DNA of 57,376 nt from Alistipes onderdonkii (GTDB taxonomy: Bacteria > Actinomycetota > Coriobacteriia > Coriobacteriales > UMGS124): NCBI GenBank assembly GCA_963648855.1, contig CAVJGP010000003.1:1-57376 (forward strand). The letters are read 5' to 3'. The translations under genes and the position numbers were made by a program. Positions 19,801 through 28,027 of this stretch are shown here, piece by piece. The notes under the pieces are model-generated. The model saw only the letters and a list, made by a program, of their open reading frames with translations. It did not search any database and had not been told where the DNA came from. Each line of letters begins with the position of its first letter. Position 1 is the first letter of the stretch.

Positions 19801-19898
19801 GCCCGACTGCGCTGCACCGTAGGGCCATGACGCCCCGCGATTGGGCGGTCGGCATCTCGGTGTGCCTGTGCGCCATAGCTGCAGCCTTGTTCCTTTAA
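16872..19898 (+). CDS. Fused ECF-transporter energizing module: EcfA1 ATPase + EcfA2 ATPase + repeat linker + EcfT transmembrane component in one ORF
   Basis: Two full ABC motif sets: GSNGSGKST/LSGGQKQ/LLLDEP/THN and GDSGSGKTT/LSGGEKRR/VILDEP/THE. A C-terminal polytopic EcfT/CbiQ-like domain (ARAQNARGA, ALQAKGF) follows. No in-frame stop, and it occupies the conserved rplQ-ecf-truA position. Confidence 0.8.
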   Translation: MSLRVSHLSTSKATLGAAGTSPSGNGGAFALQDIDFTLKPGERLAVVGSNGSGKSTLLRALLGLVDLQGGTVVFDDGRGARGDVSAAGKAEGSVARDGMHGADSSVPKNGGQGHSSPGYTLQPTSVRADSGQGHPSRSCMSRPTSVSANSGQGRCEHLADFAYVPQDPEAGFVCTSVFDEVAFGLCNLGLPPQQIEARVLDALQDCGIEALSGKNVSQLSGGQKQLTSIASALALRPRVLLLDEPFCMLDDRSVRAVKAALRAGEADMSVIEVTHNLGDVLEFDRLVAMRQGEIAWRGMPATFVSDSALVRSFGVRGSCGESSVSLTDVRGADYTPPPAPEAGTGLLLCDCSYAYDGQEEGLRGVSLRVNQGELVALVGDSGSGKTTCACLAAGLLKPQSGVVVCNGKNVCPGDVGIAFQRVQDQLFRPTVLDDVMFGPLRKGRDVQDARAKAQTALTAVGLDPTVFGQLNPHLLSGGEKRRVALAGVLAMDTAFVILDEPTLGLDTAGMECLLATVRTLLDQGRGILVITHEPQAFTGLMTRAYRLEKGKAACIEVSLDAYSDPEAQAASGSVRCAADELGVLGNAMGKIPHTGGDGSLTCNAGKRRPEGDCKPPGGDDGEAGQLRPESVRKHPGGNDSEAGWPRSESACKSLGGDDGEVAPRQSESGCKHSGGNHGKVAPLRPEGDRKDYGVDHGDVASLDAAPRVDGRCPQSPKGHGAVCPKLPGEPSSVCPKRSKGRGTVDPKSPHTSSARSAAPAGSSLNPIAWLLACAVCSVCVLGIDAPLAVAVAWAVALGVFGHVGGSFRRLGKAIGALGLMYALVIVSAALVFDGSADLALVGTVGLTWAGAARGALTVARLMLLVVISLALVHACSSEELMDALGAILAPLRRVGLPVADVCVMLSLALRCIPLTAEQVASIARAQNARGAQVGLSGNPVRKVLSYVPLLAPACIAMFRYAEDFAVALQAKGFTGTCPTALHRRAMTPRDWAVGISVCLCAIAAALFL
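17201..17335 (+). repeat. ~2.3 copies of a 60-bp (20-aa) tandem repeat inside EcfA1
   Basis: Units start at about 17201, 17261 and 17321. They encode GQGHSSPGYTLQPTSVRADS / GQGHPSRSCMSRPTSVSANS / GQGR... Confidence 0.8.
18652..19002 (+). repeat. ~6 degenerate copies of a 57-bp (19-aa) tandem repeat in the EcfA2-EcfT linker
   Basis: Units start at 18718, 18775, 18832, 18889 and 18946 (exact 57-nt spacing), plus a longer first unit from 18652. They encode GGDDGEAGQLRPESVRKHP-like repeats. Confidence 0.85.
19005..19130 (+). repeat. ~3.5 copies of a 33-bp (11-aa) tandem repeat in the EcfA2-EcfT linker
   Basis: Units start at 19005, 19038, 19071 and 19104 (tgcccNaag...). They encode CPQSPKGHGAV / CPKLPGEPSSV / CPKRSKGRGTV / DPKSPHTS. 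Confidence 0.8.
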
Positions 19899-19919
19899 GT
19901 CTTCGCAAGGGGTGGACGT

Positions 19920-20756
19920 ATGGATGAGACCACGTTGGTTGCTCCGGGGGAGGAGACGCTCGTCATACGCGTCGGCTATGACGGCGCAGGGTATGCCGGG
20001 TTTGCCGAGCAGCCCAAGCAGACCCACGTCAAGACGGTCGCCGGCGAGCTTCGCCAGGCCCTGCAGACCATCCTGCGCCGCGACGTCGAGCTGACGTGCG
20101 CCGGTCGCACGGACGCGGGCGTCCATGCGCGCGCCCAGTACGTGAGCCTTCCCTTCTCGGGCGAGGAGTTCGAGCAGCACAGCTCCGAGAAGCTCCTGCG
20201 CTCGCTCGGTGCGGTGCTTCCCGACGATATCCGCGCCCACGAGCTCTTCCGTGCCCCGCAGGGCTTCTCGGCGCGCTTTGACGCGCGTGCCCGCCGGTAT
20301 CGCTATCGATTGTCGTCGGGGCCGGTCGCGCCCCTCTTCTGCGCCGATTGGTGCTGGTGGATTCGCTCGGCGCGTCCCGACGTGCTCGACGTCGAGGCCA
20401 TGAACCGGGCGGCCCGCATCCTCATCGGCGAGCACGACTTCAAGAGCTTCTGCAAGGCGCAGAGCGCGCAGGACAAGCCCACCTGCCGTTTCGTCATGTC
20501 TGCGGCCTTCGAGCGCGAGTGCGTCTTGGGGGAGGACACGCTCGTCTTCGACATTGTGGGCAACGCGTTTCTCCACTCGATGGTTCGCACGATTGTGGGG
20601 ACGCTCGTCGAGGTCGGTCTGGGCCGCCGGCCCGTGGATTGGGTCGCCGAGGTGCTCGCAGCCCAGTCGCGCGATGCGGCAGGCCCCTGTGCGCCTGCCT
20701 GTGGTTTGACGTTTTGGGACGTGCACTATCCCAGCGATGTTTTGAAACCTTGGTAA
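19920..20756 (+). CDS. truA: tRNA pseudouridine(38-40) synthase
   Basis: Y.G..Y.GF..Q and GRTDAGVHA catalytic motifs, in the conserved position after the ECF genes. Confidence 0.92.
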   Translation: MDETTLVAPGEETLVIRVGYDGAGYAGFAEQPKQTHVKTVAGELRQALQTILRRDVELTCAGRTDAGVHARAQYVSLPFSGEEFEQHSSEKLLRSLGAVLPDDIRAHELFRAPQGFSARFDARARRYRYRLSSGPVAPLFCADWCWWIRSARPDVLDVEAMNRAARILIGEHDFKSFCKAQSAQDKPTCRFVMSAAFERECVLGEDTLVFDIVGNAFLHSMVRTIVGTLVEVGLGRRPVDWVAEVLAAQSRDAAGPCAPACGLTFWDVHYPSDVLKPW

Positions 20757-20805
20757 CGTATCATGCGGACTGTTTGACCGTCAGTGTCTCAGATAGGAGT
20801 GACTC

Positions 20806-22008
20806 TTGAAGACCAACCCGTCTTTCGCCAAGCTCGAGAAGAGCTACCTGTTCTCCACCATCGCCAAGAAGGTCGCGGCGTACAAGCAGGCCCATCCCGA
20901 GGCGGACGTCATCCGCCTGGGCATCGGCGACGTCACGCTGCCCATCGCCCCCAGCATCGTCGAAGCCATGCATGTGGCGGTCGACGAGATGGGCAAGGCG
21001 GAGACCTTCCGCGGGTACTGCGACGACGCCGAGGGCTATGAGTTTGCCCGCGAGGCAGTGAGGGGCTTCTATGCCGGCCTGGGTGTCGAGGTGGGCTTGG
21101 ACGAGGTCTTCGTGTCCGACGGCGCCAAGAGCGACCTGGGCAACTTCCTTGACATCATCGAGCCCGGCTCGTCCGTCCTCATCCCCGACCCGGTGTACCC
21201 GGCCTATGTGGACACGAACGTCATGGCCGCCAACCACGTGATCTATGCGCATTCCAGCGTGGACGACGGCTTCCTGCCCATGCCCGAGGAGGGCGTGAGC
21301 GCCGATGTGATCTACATCTGCTCGCCGAACAACCCCACGGGCGCCACCTACGACGCCGCAGGCCTCAAGGCTTGGGTGGACTATGCGCTGGCCAACCGCG
21401 CCCTCATCATCTTCGACTCTGCGTATGAGAGCTTTATCCGCGACCCCGAGGTGCCGCACTCCATCTTCCAGATCGAGGGCGCGCGCAAGTGCGCGGTCGA
21501 GATCTCGTCGTTCTCCAAGCGCGCCGGCTTCACCGGCGTGCGCTGCGGCTTCACCATCGTCCCCAAGGACCTCGAGGTGGCCGACGCCGACCTCAACGCC
21601 TATTGGCGTCGCAGGCAGAACACCAAGTTCAACGGCGTTCCCTACATCGTGCAGCGTGCCTGCGAGGCGGCTCTGTCGCCCCAGGGCCTCAAGGAGACCA
21701 CTGAGCAGGTGGATATCTACCTGTCCAACGCGCACACCATCGCCGCGGGTCTCGACAAGCTCGGCATCCGCTACACCGGCGGCAAGAACTCGCCCTACAT
21801 CTGGCTCGAGTGCCCCGGCGGCATGAGCTCGTGGGAGTTCTTCGACCTGCTCCTTGAGGAGGCCCAGGTCGTGGGCACGCCTGGCGTGGGCTTCGGCCCT
21901 GCCGGCGAGGGCTACTTCCGTCTTTCCGCATTCGGTCGCACCGAGGCGTGCAAGGAGGCCATGGAGCGCATCGAGCGCGTCCTGAAGGAGAAGGGCGTCG
22001 TCGCCTAG
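20806..22008 (+). CDS. dapL: LL-diaminopimelate aminotransferase-like class I/II aminotransferase
   Basis: N-terminus NPSFAKLEKSYLFSTIAKKV...IRLGIGDVT and SFSKRAGFTGVRCG (PLP-Lys) resemble the DapL family. TTG start follows AGGAG. Confidence 0.75.
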   Translation: MKTNPSFAKLEKSYLFSTIAKKVAAYKQAHPEADVIRLGIGDVTLPIAPSIVEAMHVAVDEMGKAETFRGYCDDAEGYEFAREAVRGFYAGLGVEVGLDEVFVSDGAKSDLGNFLDIIEPGSSVLIPDPVYPAYVDTNVMAANHVIYAHSSVDDGFLPMPEEGVSADVIYICSPNNPTGATYDAAGLKAWVDYALANRALIIFDSAYESFIRDPEVPHSIFQIEGARKCAVEISSFSKRAGFTGVRCGFTIVPKDLEVADADLNAYWRRRQNTKFNGVPYIVQRACEAALSPQGLKETTEQVDIYLSNAHTIAAGLDKLGIRYTGGKNSPYIWLECPGGMSSWEFFDLLLEEAQVVGTPGVGFGPAGEGYFRLSAFGRTEACKEAMERIERVLKEKGVVA

Positions 22009-22076
22009 CGCGGACACGCGTCCTGCGGCACGAGCCTTGCCGACTGCTTGCTGCTCCTCATCGCTGTTCGTTACGA

Positions 22077-22128
22077 CGAGGCCCCGGCGTTGCAACCTTG
22101 TGGTTGCCGCGCCGGGGCCTCGCTTTTT
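22077..22128 (+). terminator. Long GC hairpin plus T-run after dapL
   Basis: cgaggccccggcg (22077-22089) pairs with cgccggggcctcg (22110-22122). An inner gcaacc/ggttgc stem lies between, then cttttt. Confidence 0.7.
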
Positions 22129-22184
22129 GTGTCGCCTGCTCAGCTTGCGGCCGTTCGGGTGGCTCCGCCTCTCTACCAGCGCTT

Positions 22185-25130
22185 TTACCGCGCTATGAGG
22201 TCCACCACATCGAGGGCCGTCTCGCTGGTGGAGATGATATCCCGGCTCCCGAAGACGCAGACGCGCCCCTGCCCGGCCACGGCCTGAAGCGCGGGGGCCA
22301 TGGCGTGCAGGTTCTCGGTGGTGCAGGCAAGCTCCTCGCGCCTAATCTGCGCACGCCAGTCGAGCGTGCGCCCGGCCAGGTAGAGGGTGTCGTTTCGGCG
22401 AGCTATCTGGTAGGGGCGCTTCGGGGCGTCGTGGGTGGCAACGGTGCTCACGATGTAGTCGTCCATGTCCTGCTGGGCGGGGGCGTAGCCTCCGAGCCAG
22501 GTGGCCGTGCCGTCCATGCGCTTGAGCGAGGCGTCGAGGTTGGGGTCGCGGTAGGTGTAGTAGCCCAGCTCGCCCTGGACGTCGCAGCGAAGGCCGCACC
22601 CGTAGGCACCTCCCTTGACGCGAATCTCGTTCCAGAGGTACTCGTAGTTGATAGCTTTTTGTGCGACGTTCCAGGCGCCGGAGAACGTGTTGCGCGCCGA
22701 GGCGCCCGAGAGCGCCTTTGCGACGAAGCACACATCCGCCGGCACGATAAAGGCCTCGTTGCGCCCCGTATCTGCGGGGATGACCAGGCGCTTCTCCGTG
22801 CTTGGCCGCTCGGTCAGGCCCAGCGTCTGCGCCTCGTCCCAATATGCCTTCAGGTCGGCCGCGCTGCCGGTGAAGCTGTGGTGGTCGCCCCCGCTTTGGA
22901 ACACGCGGGCGCAGACGCCGGCCAAGCGGGCGGGTAGGGACTTCGATGCCTCATCCCAGCGGGCGAGCAGGTCGCAGACGAAGCGGTAGTAGTCGACGCC
23001 CCCGAAGTGCTGGGCGAGGCGGCGACGGTCGTCGGTGTAGCCGAAAGCGCGGGACAGCGCGTAGGAGTGCCCCGAGCTGGCGAAGCTCTGCTCAGAATCG
23101 AGCTTTTGCTGCTGCAGGATGGTTTTGATCTTGTCGGTGTCGCTGAAGTCGGTCTGCCCCCAGATGTGGCTGGGCAGCCATGCGAGGTCGGCCAGGTTCT
23201 CGGAGATAGCGCAGGCGCTTGCGAGCAGGTAGGCCCGGGGGGTCTGCGTGGCCGTGTCGAGCGTCACATGCGTCGTGAACGAAAGGCGCCCCAGACGGCT
23301 CTCCACGAGCAGGTCGAGCTGCGGCGCGCTGTACTGGGAGGTCTGGAGCTTGCCGAGCAGGCTGCAGGCAAGCGCGGCCAGGGGCAGCTCGTCCCAAGTG
23401 AGCGCGTCGAGCGGGAAGTAATGGTAGACGTAGTCGATGCGCCTCGTCTCCAGGTCGTAGTGCAGGCAGGGCAGGGGGGCGTCCTCTACCACGTGCCAGG
23501 GGTGCTCCAGGGGAGCGTCGCGCAAGTCCTCCACGCCCAGGTGAGGCAGGGTCGCCAGGGCCTCGGGGGAGTCGGGCGTGTCCTGGATGCGGTGGAGCCG
23601 CTCTGCGGCCTGCTCCACCTCGTCGAGGTCGAGGTCGGCGCTGGCGTCCGGGCAGGCCTGGGACTCCTCCTCGCCAAACTCCTCATCTTCGCCGTCCTCG
23701 CCGACGGTGAGGAGCTCGCAGCATGCGTGGTGCTTAGAACCCACGAAGACGTCGCGGACGAGCTCCTCCCAGTACGTGCCCTCCAGGCCTGCGCGCAGGC
23801 TCGCCATCGCATCCTCGTAGCGCAGGTAGTCGCAGGGCATGGCGTCGTCGTACAGCCAGCCGCACATGGCGTTGATGGCGAGCGCCACGCCGTCGGCCAT
23901 GCCCGAGTCGCGCTCGCGCAGGTTGAAGTCGCAGGCGTCGAGCGCCGCCGTGAGCTCGGGGCGCGGGACGCCCTCGTCTGCCATGCGCGCAAGCTCGCCC
24001 TCGATGAGCTCGGCGAACTGCCCCGCGCAGCCCGGACGCGCGCCGCGCAGCTCAAAGGCCACGTAGGGCTGCTGCAGGCCGTCGAAGACGAAGCAGTCCA
24101 CGTCGCAGCCCAGGCCGGAGTCCAGCACCTTCTTCTTGAGCGGCGCCTCGTTGCTGCCCATGAGCGCGTCGGAGAGGATCTCGCACGCCAGCATGTGCTC
24201 GCGGTCGCGGTAGGTGCCCACCACATAGCCCAGCAGCACGCACGCGTTGTCGGGGCTCGTGCGCATCGTGCGCGTGGCATGGAGGTTGACGCAGGGGGCC
24301 TGCATGGCGAGGGGGTTGGGGCCTGCGGCGCACGTGCGCTCGCTGGCCTGCGCGCGCCGGGCAAACGAGTCGATGAGCTCGAGCTCCTCGTCCAAGGCAA
24401 TGTCGCCGTACAGCACGATGTGGGAGTTGGCCATGTTGTAGTGGCGCGCGTGGGTGTCGAGGTAGTTCTCGTAGGTGAGCGTCGGGATTACCTCGGGATT
24501 GCCGCCCGACTCGAAGCCGTAGGCGTTGTCGGGGAAGAGCGCCTCGTTGAGGCCGGCAAGGGCCACCTCGTCGGGGTCGGACATGGCACCGCGCATCTCG
24601 TTGAGCACCACGCCGTTGGTCACGAGGCGCCGCTCAGACCCCTCGCCCTCCACCTCGTAGTGCCAGCCCTCCTGCTCGAAGACGGCGCGCTTGGTGTAGA
24701 GCTGCGGGAAGAACACGGCGTCGAGGTAGACGCTCATGAGGTTCAGCAGGTCCTTCTCGTTGGTGCTCGCCACCGGGTACATCGTCTTGTCCGAGAAGGT
24801 GAGCGCGTTCAGGAAGGTCTGCATCGACGACTTGAGCAGGTTGACGAAGGGCTCCTTCACCGGGTACAGGTCGCTGCCGCACAGCACTGAGTGCTCGAGG
24901 ATGTGGAAGACGCCCGTGCTGTCGGCCGGCGGGGTCTTGAAGGTGATGGAGAAGGACTTGTTGGCGTCGTCGTTGGCGAGCCACATGAGGGGGGCCTGCG
25001 TGGCCTTGTGGCGCATGATGACGGCGCGCCCGTCAATCTCGGGAAGGTCCTGGACGTCCGTCACCACGAAGCCGTGCAGCTCCTGCCCGCAGGTCAGGGC
25101 CTTCGCGGTGGCGCTCGACATATCCGCCAT
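22185..25130 (-). CDS. M16C-family (PreP/insulinase-like) zinc metallopeptidase
   Basis: 981 aa with the inverted zinc motif HILEH (GVFHILEHSVLCGS); size and architecture are typical of M16C. Confidence 0.85.
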   Translation of the reverse strand: MADMSSATAKALTCGQELHGFVVTDVQDLPEIDGRAVIMRHKATQAPLMWLANDDANKSFSITFKTPPADSTGVFHILEHSVLCGSDLYPVKEPFVNLLKSSMQTFLNALTFSDKTMYPVASTNEKDLLNLMSVYLDAVFFPQLYTKRAVFEQEGWHYEVEGEGSERRLVTNGVVLNEMRGAMSDPDEVALAGLNEALFPDNAYGFESGGNPEVIPTLTYENYLDTHARHYNMANSHIVLYGDIALDEELELIDSFARRAQASERTCAAGPNPLAMQAPCVNLHATRTMRTSPDNACVLLGYVVGTYRDREHMLACEILSDALMGSNEAPLKKKVLDSGLGCDVDCFVFDGLQQPYVAFELRGARPGCAGQFAELIEGELARMADEGVPRPELTAALDACDFNLRERDSGMADGVALAINAMCGWLYDDAMPCDYLRYEDAMASLRAGLEGTYWEELVRDVFVGSKHHACCELLTVGEDGEDEEFGEEESQACPDASADLDLDEVEQAAERLHRIQDTPDSPEALATLPHLGVEDLRDAPLEHPWHVVEDAPLPCLHYDLETRRIDYVYHYFPLDALTWDELPLAALACSLLGKLQTSQYSAPQLDLLVESRLGRLSFTTHVTLDTATQTPRAYLLASACAISENLADLAWLPSHIWGQTDFSDTDKIKTILQQQKLDSEQSFASSGHSYALSRAFGYTDDRRRLAQHFGGVDYYRFVCDLLARWDEASKSLPARLAGVCARVFQSGGDHHSFTGSAADLKAYWDEAQTLGLTERPSTEKRLVIPADTGRNEAFIVPADVCFVAKALSGASARNTFSGAWNVAQKAINYEYLWNEIRVKGGAYGCGLRCDVQGELGYYTYRDPNLDASLKRMDGTATWLGGYAPAQQDMDDYIVSTVATHDAPKRPYQIARRNDTLYLAGRTLDWRAQIRREELACTTENLHAMAPALQAVAGQGRVCVFGSRDIISTSETALDVVDLIAR

Positions 25131-25289
25131 GGGGTTCTCCGCCTTTCTCTTGGTGAGTTGACGGCCGGATTGTACCCTTGCGCCGTGACCTCTCGGCGAT
25201 AAAGCGGCCGTTTTGTGCGCCCAGTGGTCGTGGACGGGGTATCATGCCCGAAGGCTCACTATGGGCGCAACCTACCGAAAGGTCATTTC

Positions 25290-25934
25290 ATGGCTAAGAA
25301 GCACAAGTTCGACTACTTCGACGCGTTTTATGAGCAGGCGCGCATCGCGCGCAAGGAGTCTCAGGCAATGCTGGAGCTGCTCGAGAACTTCAACGCCGAC
25401 CCCGAGTGGCTGCGCGCCCGGATGCAGCAGATCCATCAGATTGAGAACGAGGGCGACGTCGTGGTGCATCAGGTGCTCGACAGCCTGGCCGTCGAGTTCC
25501 TTCCCCCCATCGACCGCGAGGACATCTCCGAGCTCGCCAACCTTCTCGACAACGTGACCGACGAGATCGAGGAGGTGGTGCAGCACATCTATATGTACGA
25601 CTTCAAGGAGCTGCACCCCGGCTGCATCCCCACGGCCCGCGTCATCGACGCCGCCGTGGAGGCCCTGTGCGAGGCCACCAAGGCCTTCGCCGACTTCAAG
25701 AAGCACAAGAAGGCCGAGAAGGCCGAGAAGCTCCTCGTGGCCGTGCATGACCGCGAGAGCGAGGGCGACTCCCTGTACATCGAGAACAAGCGCGACCTCT
25801 TCGTGAACCACGCGAACGACTCCGCCGCATACCTCATGAGCTGGAACGGCATGTTCTCGCACATGGAAGCCGTCTGCGACAGCTGCGAAGACGTTGCGTG
25901 CGTAATGCAGAACGTCATTCTTAAGAACGCCTAA
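25290..25934 (+). CDS. DUF47/PhoU-like (YkaA family) protein
   Basis: MAKKHKFDYFDAFYEQ... with a helical PhoU-like repeat pattern (..EGD...H...D.L...F..P.DRED). ATG 25290 follows GAAAGG. Confidence 0.7.
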   Translation: MAKKHKFDYFDAFYEQARIARKESQAMLELLENFNADPEWLRARMQQIHQIENEGDVVVHQVLDSLAVEFLPPIDREDISELANLLDNVTDEIEEVVQHIYMYDFKELHPGCIPTARVIDAAVEALCEATKAFADFKKHKKAEKAEKLLVAVHDRESEGDSLYIENKRDLFVNHANDSAAYLMSWNGMFSHMEAVCDSCEDVACVMQNVILKNA

Positions 25935-25952
25935 ACCACAAAAGAGCGCTAT

Positions 25953-26086
25953 CATTGGGGATTGCCGCGTTCCGCCCGGAGCGCGGCAAGTCCGTCTTTG
26001 CGCCGTTTACGCACGACGGACGTCTGTAGGCAAGCCACCCGAACCGACACGGGGTGGCACAGACCGATTAGGGAGACTCCCCAATG
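25953..26086 (+). promoter_or_regulatory. Highly structured aspS 5' leader (possible T-box-like or other cis-regulatory RNA)
   Basis: A long-range 9-bp helix, cattgggga (25953-61)/tccccaatg (26078-86), includes the AUG. It encloses three hairpins (25962-25989, 25990-26021, 26034-26058) and a GGGUGGCAC motif (26052-60). Confidence 0.4.
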
Positions 26087-27865
26087 ACGAGCGTTCTCAA
26101 CGAGCATTCCACGCACACCCATACGTGCGGTGAGCTGCGCGCCGACAACATCGGCGACACCGTCACCCTCAACGGCTGGGTTCAGCATCGCCGCGACCAC
26201 GGCGGTCTCATCTTCGTGGATCTGCGCGACCGCGAGGGCCTCACGCAGTGCACCTTCGACCCCGAGCTTTCCGGGGCCGAGGCCTTCCACACCGCTGAGA
26301 CCATTCGCCCTGAGTGGCCCATCTCGGTGACCGGCACCGTCCGTCACCGCCCCGACGACACGGCCAACCCCAACATGGCCACCGGTGAGGTGGAGGTCCT
26401 GGTCGTCGACGTGAAGGTCATCAACACCTCCAAGACCCCGCCCTTCCAGATCGAGGACGGCATCGACACGGCCGAGGACACGCGCCTGCGCTATCGCTAC
26501 CTCGACCTTCGCCGTCCCGAGATGTTCAACAACCTCAAGGTGCGCAACGACTTCACCTGGGGCATGCGCGAGGCCCTGCACAAGCGCGCCTTCCTTGAGG
26601 TGGAGACCCCCATCCTCTTCAAGTCCTCTCCCGAGGGCGCCCGCGACTTCATCGTGCCGAGCCGCATCCAGCCGGGCAACTTCTACGCCCTTCCCCAGTC
26701 GCCCCAGCTCCTCAAGGAGCTGCTCATGGTGAGCGGCGTTGAGCGCTACTACCAGGTGGCCAAGTGCTTCCGTGACGAGGACCTGCGCGCCGACCGTCAG
26801 CCCGAGTTCACGCAGGTGGACCTGGAGATGTCGTTCATCGACATGGACGGCGCCATCAACCTGCTCGAGGACGTGCTGAAGGACGCCTTCGCCGAGGTGG
26901 GCGTGGAGCTGCCCTGCCCGCTTCGCCGCATGCCCTACTGGGAGGCAATGGACACCTACGGCTGCGACAAGCCCGACACCCGCTACGGCATGCATCTGGT
27001 GGATGTGACCGACGTCTTCAAGAACTCCCAGTTCAAGGTGTTCGCCAGCGCCGCCAACACCGAGGGCCAGGTCGTCAAGTGCATCAACGCCAAGGGCGCC
27101 GGCACCTGGACCCGCGGCGAGATCGACAAGCTCCCCAAGGTGGCCGAGACGTTCGGCGCCAAGGGCCTCGCCTGGATCGCCTTCCGCGAGGACGGCTCGG
27201 TGAACAGCCCCATCGTCAAGTTCTTCTCCGACGAGGAGATGGCCCAGCTCAAGGAGCGCGCAAACGTCGAGCCCGGCGACCTTGTGATGTTCGCCGCCTG
27301 CGGCCGCGTGCTTGCCGACGAGATTCTGGGCGGCATGCGCACCCACATGGCCAACGCCCTGGGCATCGAGCGCCCCGGCCATGACTTCCTGTGGGTCGTG
27401 GACTTCCCCATGTTCAAGTACGACGAGGACGAGAAGCGCTACGCCGCTGAGCACCACCCCTTCACGCAGCCTCGTTACGAGGACCTCGACAAGATCGAGG
27501 ACGACCCGCTGCACGTGGGGTCCTACACCTACGACTTCGTCATGGACGGCTACGAGGCGGGCGGCGGCGGCATGCGCATCCACAACGCTGACCTGCAGAT
27601 GCGCGTCCTGAAGCGCCTTGGCTTCACCGAGGAGCAGGCGAAGGCCCAGTTCGGCTACCTCATCGAGGCCCTGGGCTACGGCGCCCCCACCCTGGGCGGT
27701 TTCGCCCTGGGCCTGGACCGCGTCTGCATGCTGCTGCGCGGCTGCGACTCCATCCGCGACGTCATGGCGTTCCCCAAGACGTCCTCCGGCTCGGACCTCA
27801 TGAGCGCGGCCCCCAGCGAGGTCAGCCTCAAGCAGCTCAAGGAAGTCTCCCTGCGCGTGCTCTAA
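26084..27865 (+). CDS. aspS: Aspartate--tRNA ligase
   Basis: 593 aa. N-terminal OB fold HTHTCGELR...GWV..RRDHGGLIFVDLRD, with class II motifs FRDEDLRADRQPEFTQ and GGGMRIH. Confidence 0.96.
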   Translation: MTSVLNEHSTHTHTCGELRADNIGDTVTLNGWVQHRRDHGGLIFVDLRDREGLTQCTFDPELSGAEAFHTAETIRPEWPISVTGTVRHRPDDTANPNMATGEVEVLVVDVKVINTSKTPPFQIEDGIDTAEDTRLRYRYLDLRRPEMFNNLKVRNDFTWGMREALHKRAFLEVETPILFKSSPEGARDFIVPSRIQPGNFYALPQSPQLLKELLMVSGVERYYQVAKCFRDEDLRADRQPEFTQVDLEMSFIDMDGAINLLEDVLKDAFAEVGVELPCPLRRMPYWEAMDTYGCDKPDTRYGMHLVDVTDVFKNSQFKVFASAANTEGQVVKCINAKGAGTWTRGEIDKLPKVAETFGAKGLAWIAFREDGSVNSPIVKFFSDEEMAQLKERANVEPGDLVMFAACGRVLADEILGGMRTHMANALGIERPGHDFLWVVDFPMFKYDEDEKRYAAEHHPFTQPRYEDLDKIEDDPLHVGSYTYDFVMDGYEAGGGGMRIHNADLQMRVLKRLGFTEEQAKAQFGYLIEALGYGAPTLGGFALGLDRVCMLLRGCDSIRDVMAFPKTSSGSDLMSAAPSEVSLKQLKEVSLRVL

Positions 27866-27933
27866 CAGCCCGACGCCATCTGCCTGCGCTGTAGGTGGCC
27901 GTGTCGGCGCTATACTTGGCGTTGACCCTTTGT

Positions 27934-27970
27934 GGGCGCGGGAGCCGTGCGCTTCCGCGCCCCTTCGTTT
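27934..27970 (+). terminator. Hairpin downstream of aspS
   Basis: gggcgcgg (27934-41)/ccgcgccc (27955-62) stem followed by cttcgttt. Confidence 0.4.
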
Positions 27971-28027
27971 ACCATGCCGCCGCTTGCGCTCCTAAGGTGC
28001 GGGCGGTCGTTTCGAGGAGGTCTGGCA

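Noticed and set aside
23007-24890. 627-aa + strand ORF, with other ORFs on both strands (e.g. 21948..22937 +, 23486..24400 -), overlapping the M16 peptidase gene
   Set aside because: They are antisense to, or out of frame with, the HILEH-containing peptidase. The composition is Arg/Ala/Gly-biased and I recognise no motif; these are shadow ORFs.
25952-27583. 543-aa minus-strand ORF opposite aspS
   Set aside because: It is antisense to a canonical class II aaRS gene and is a low-complexity high-GC shadow ORF.
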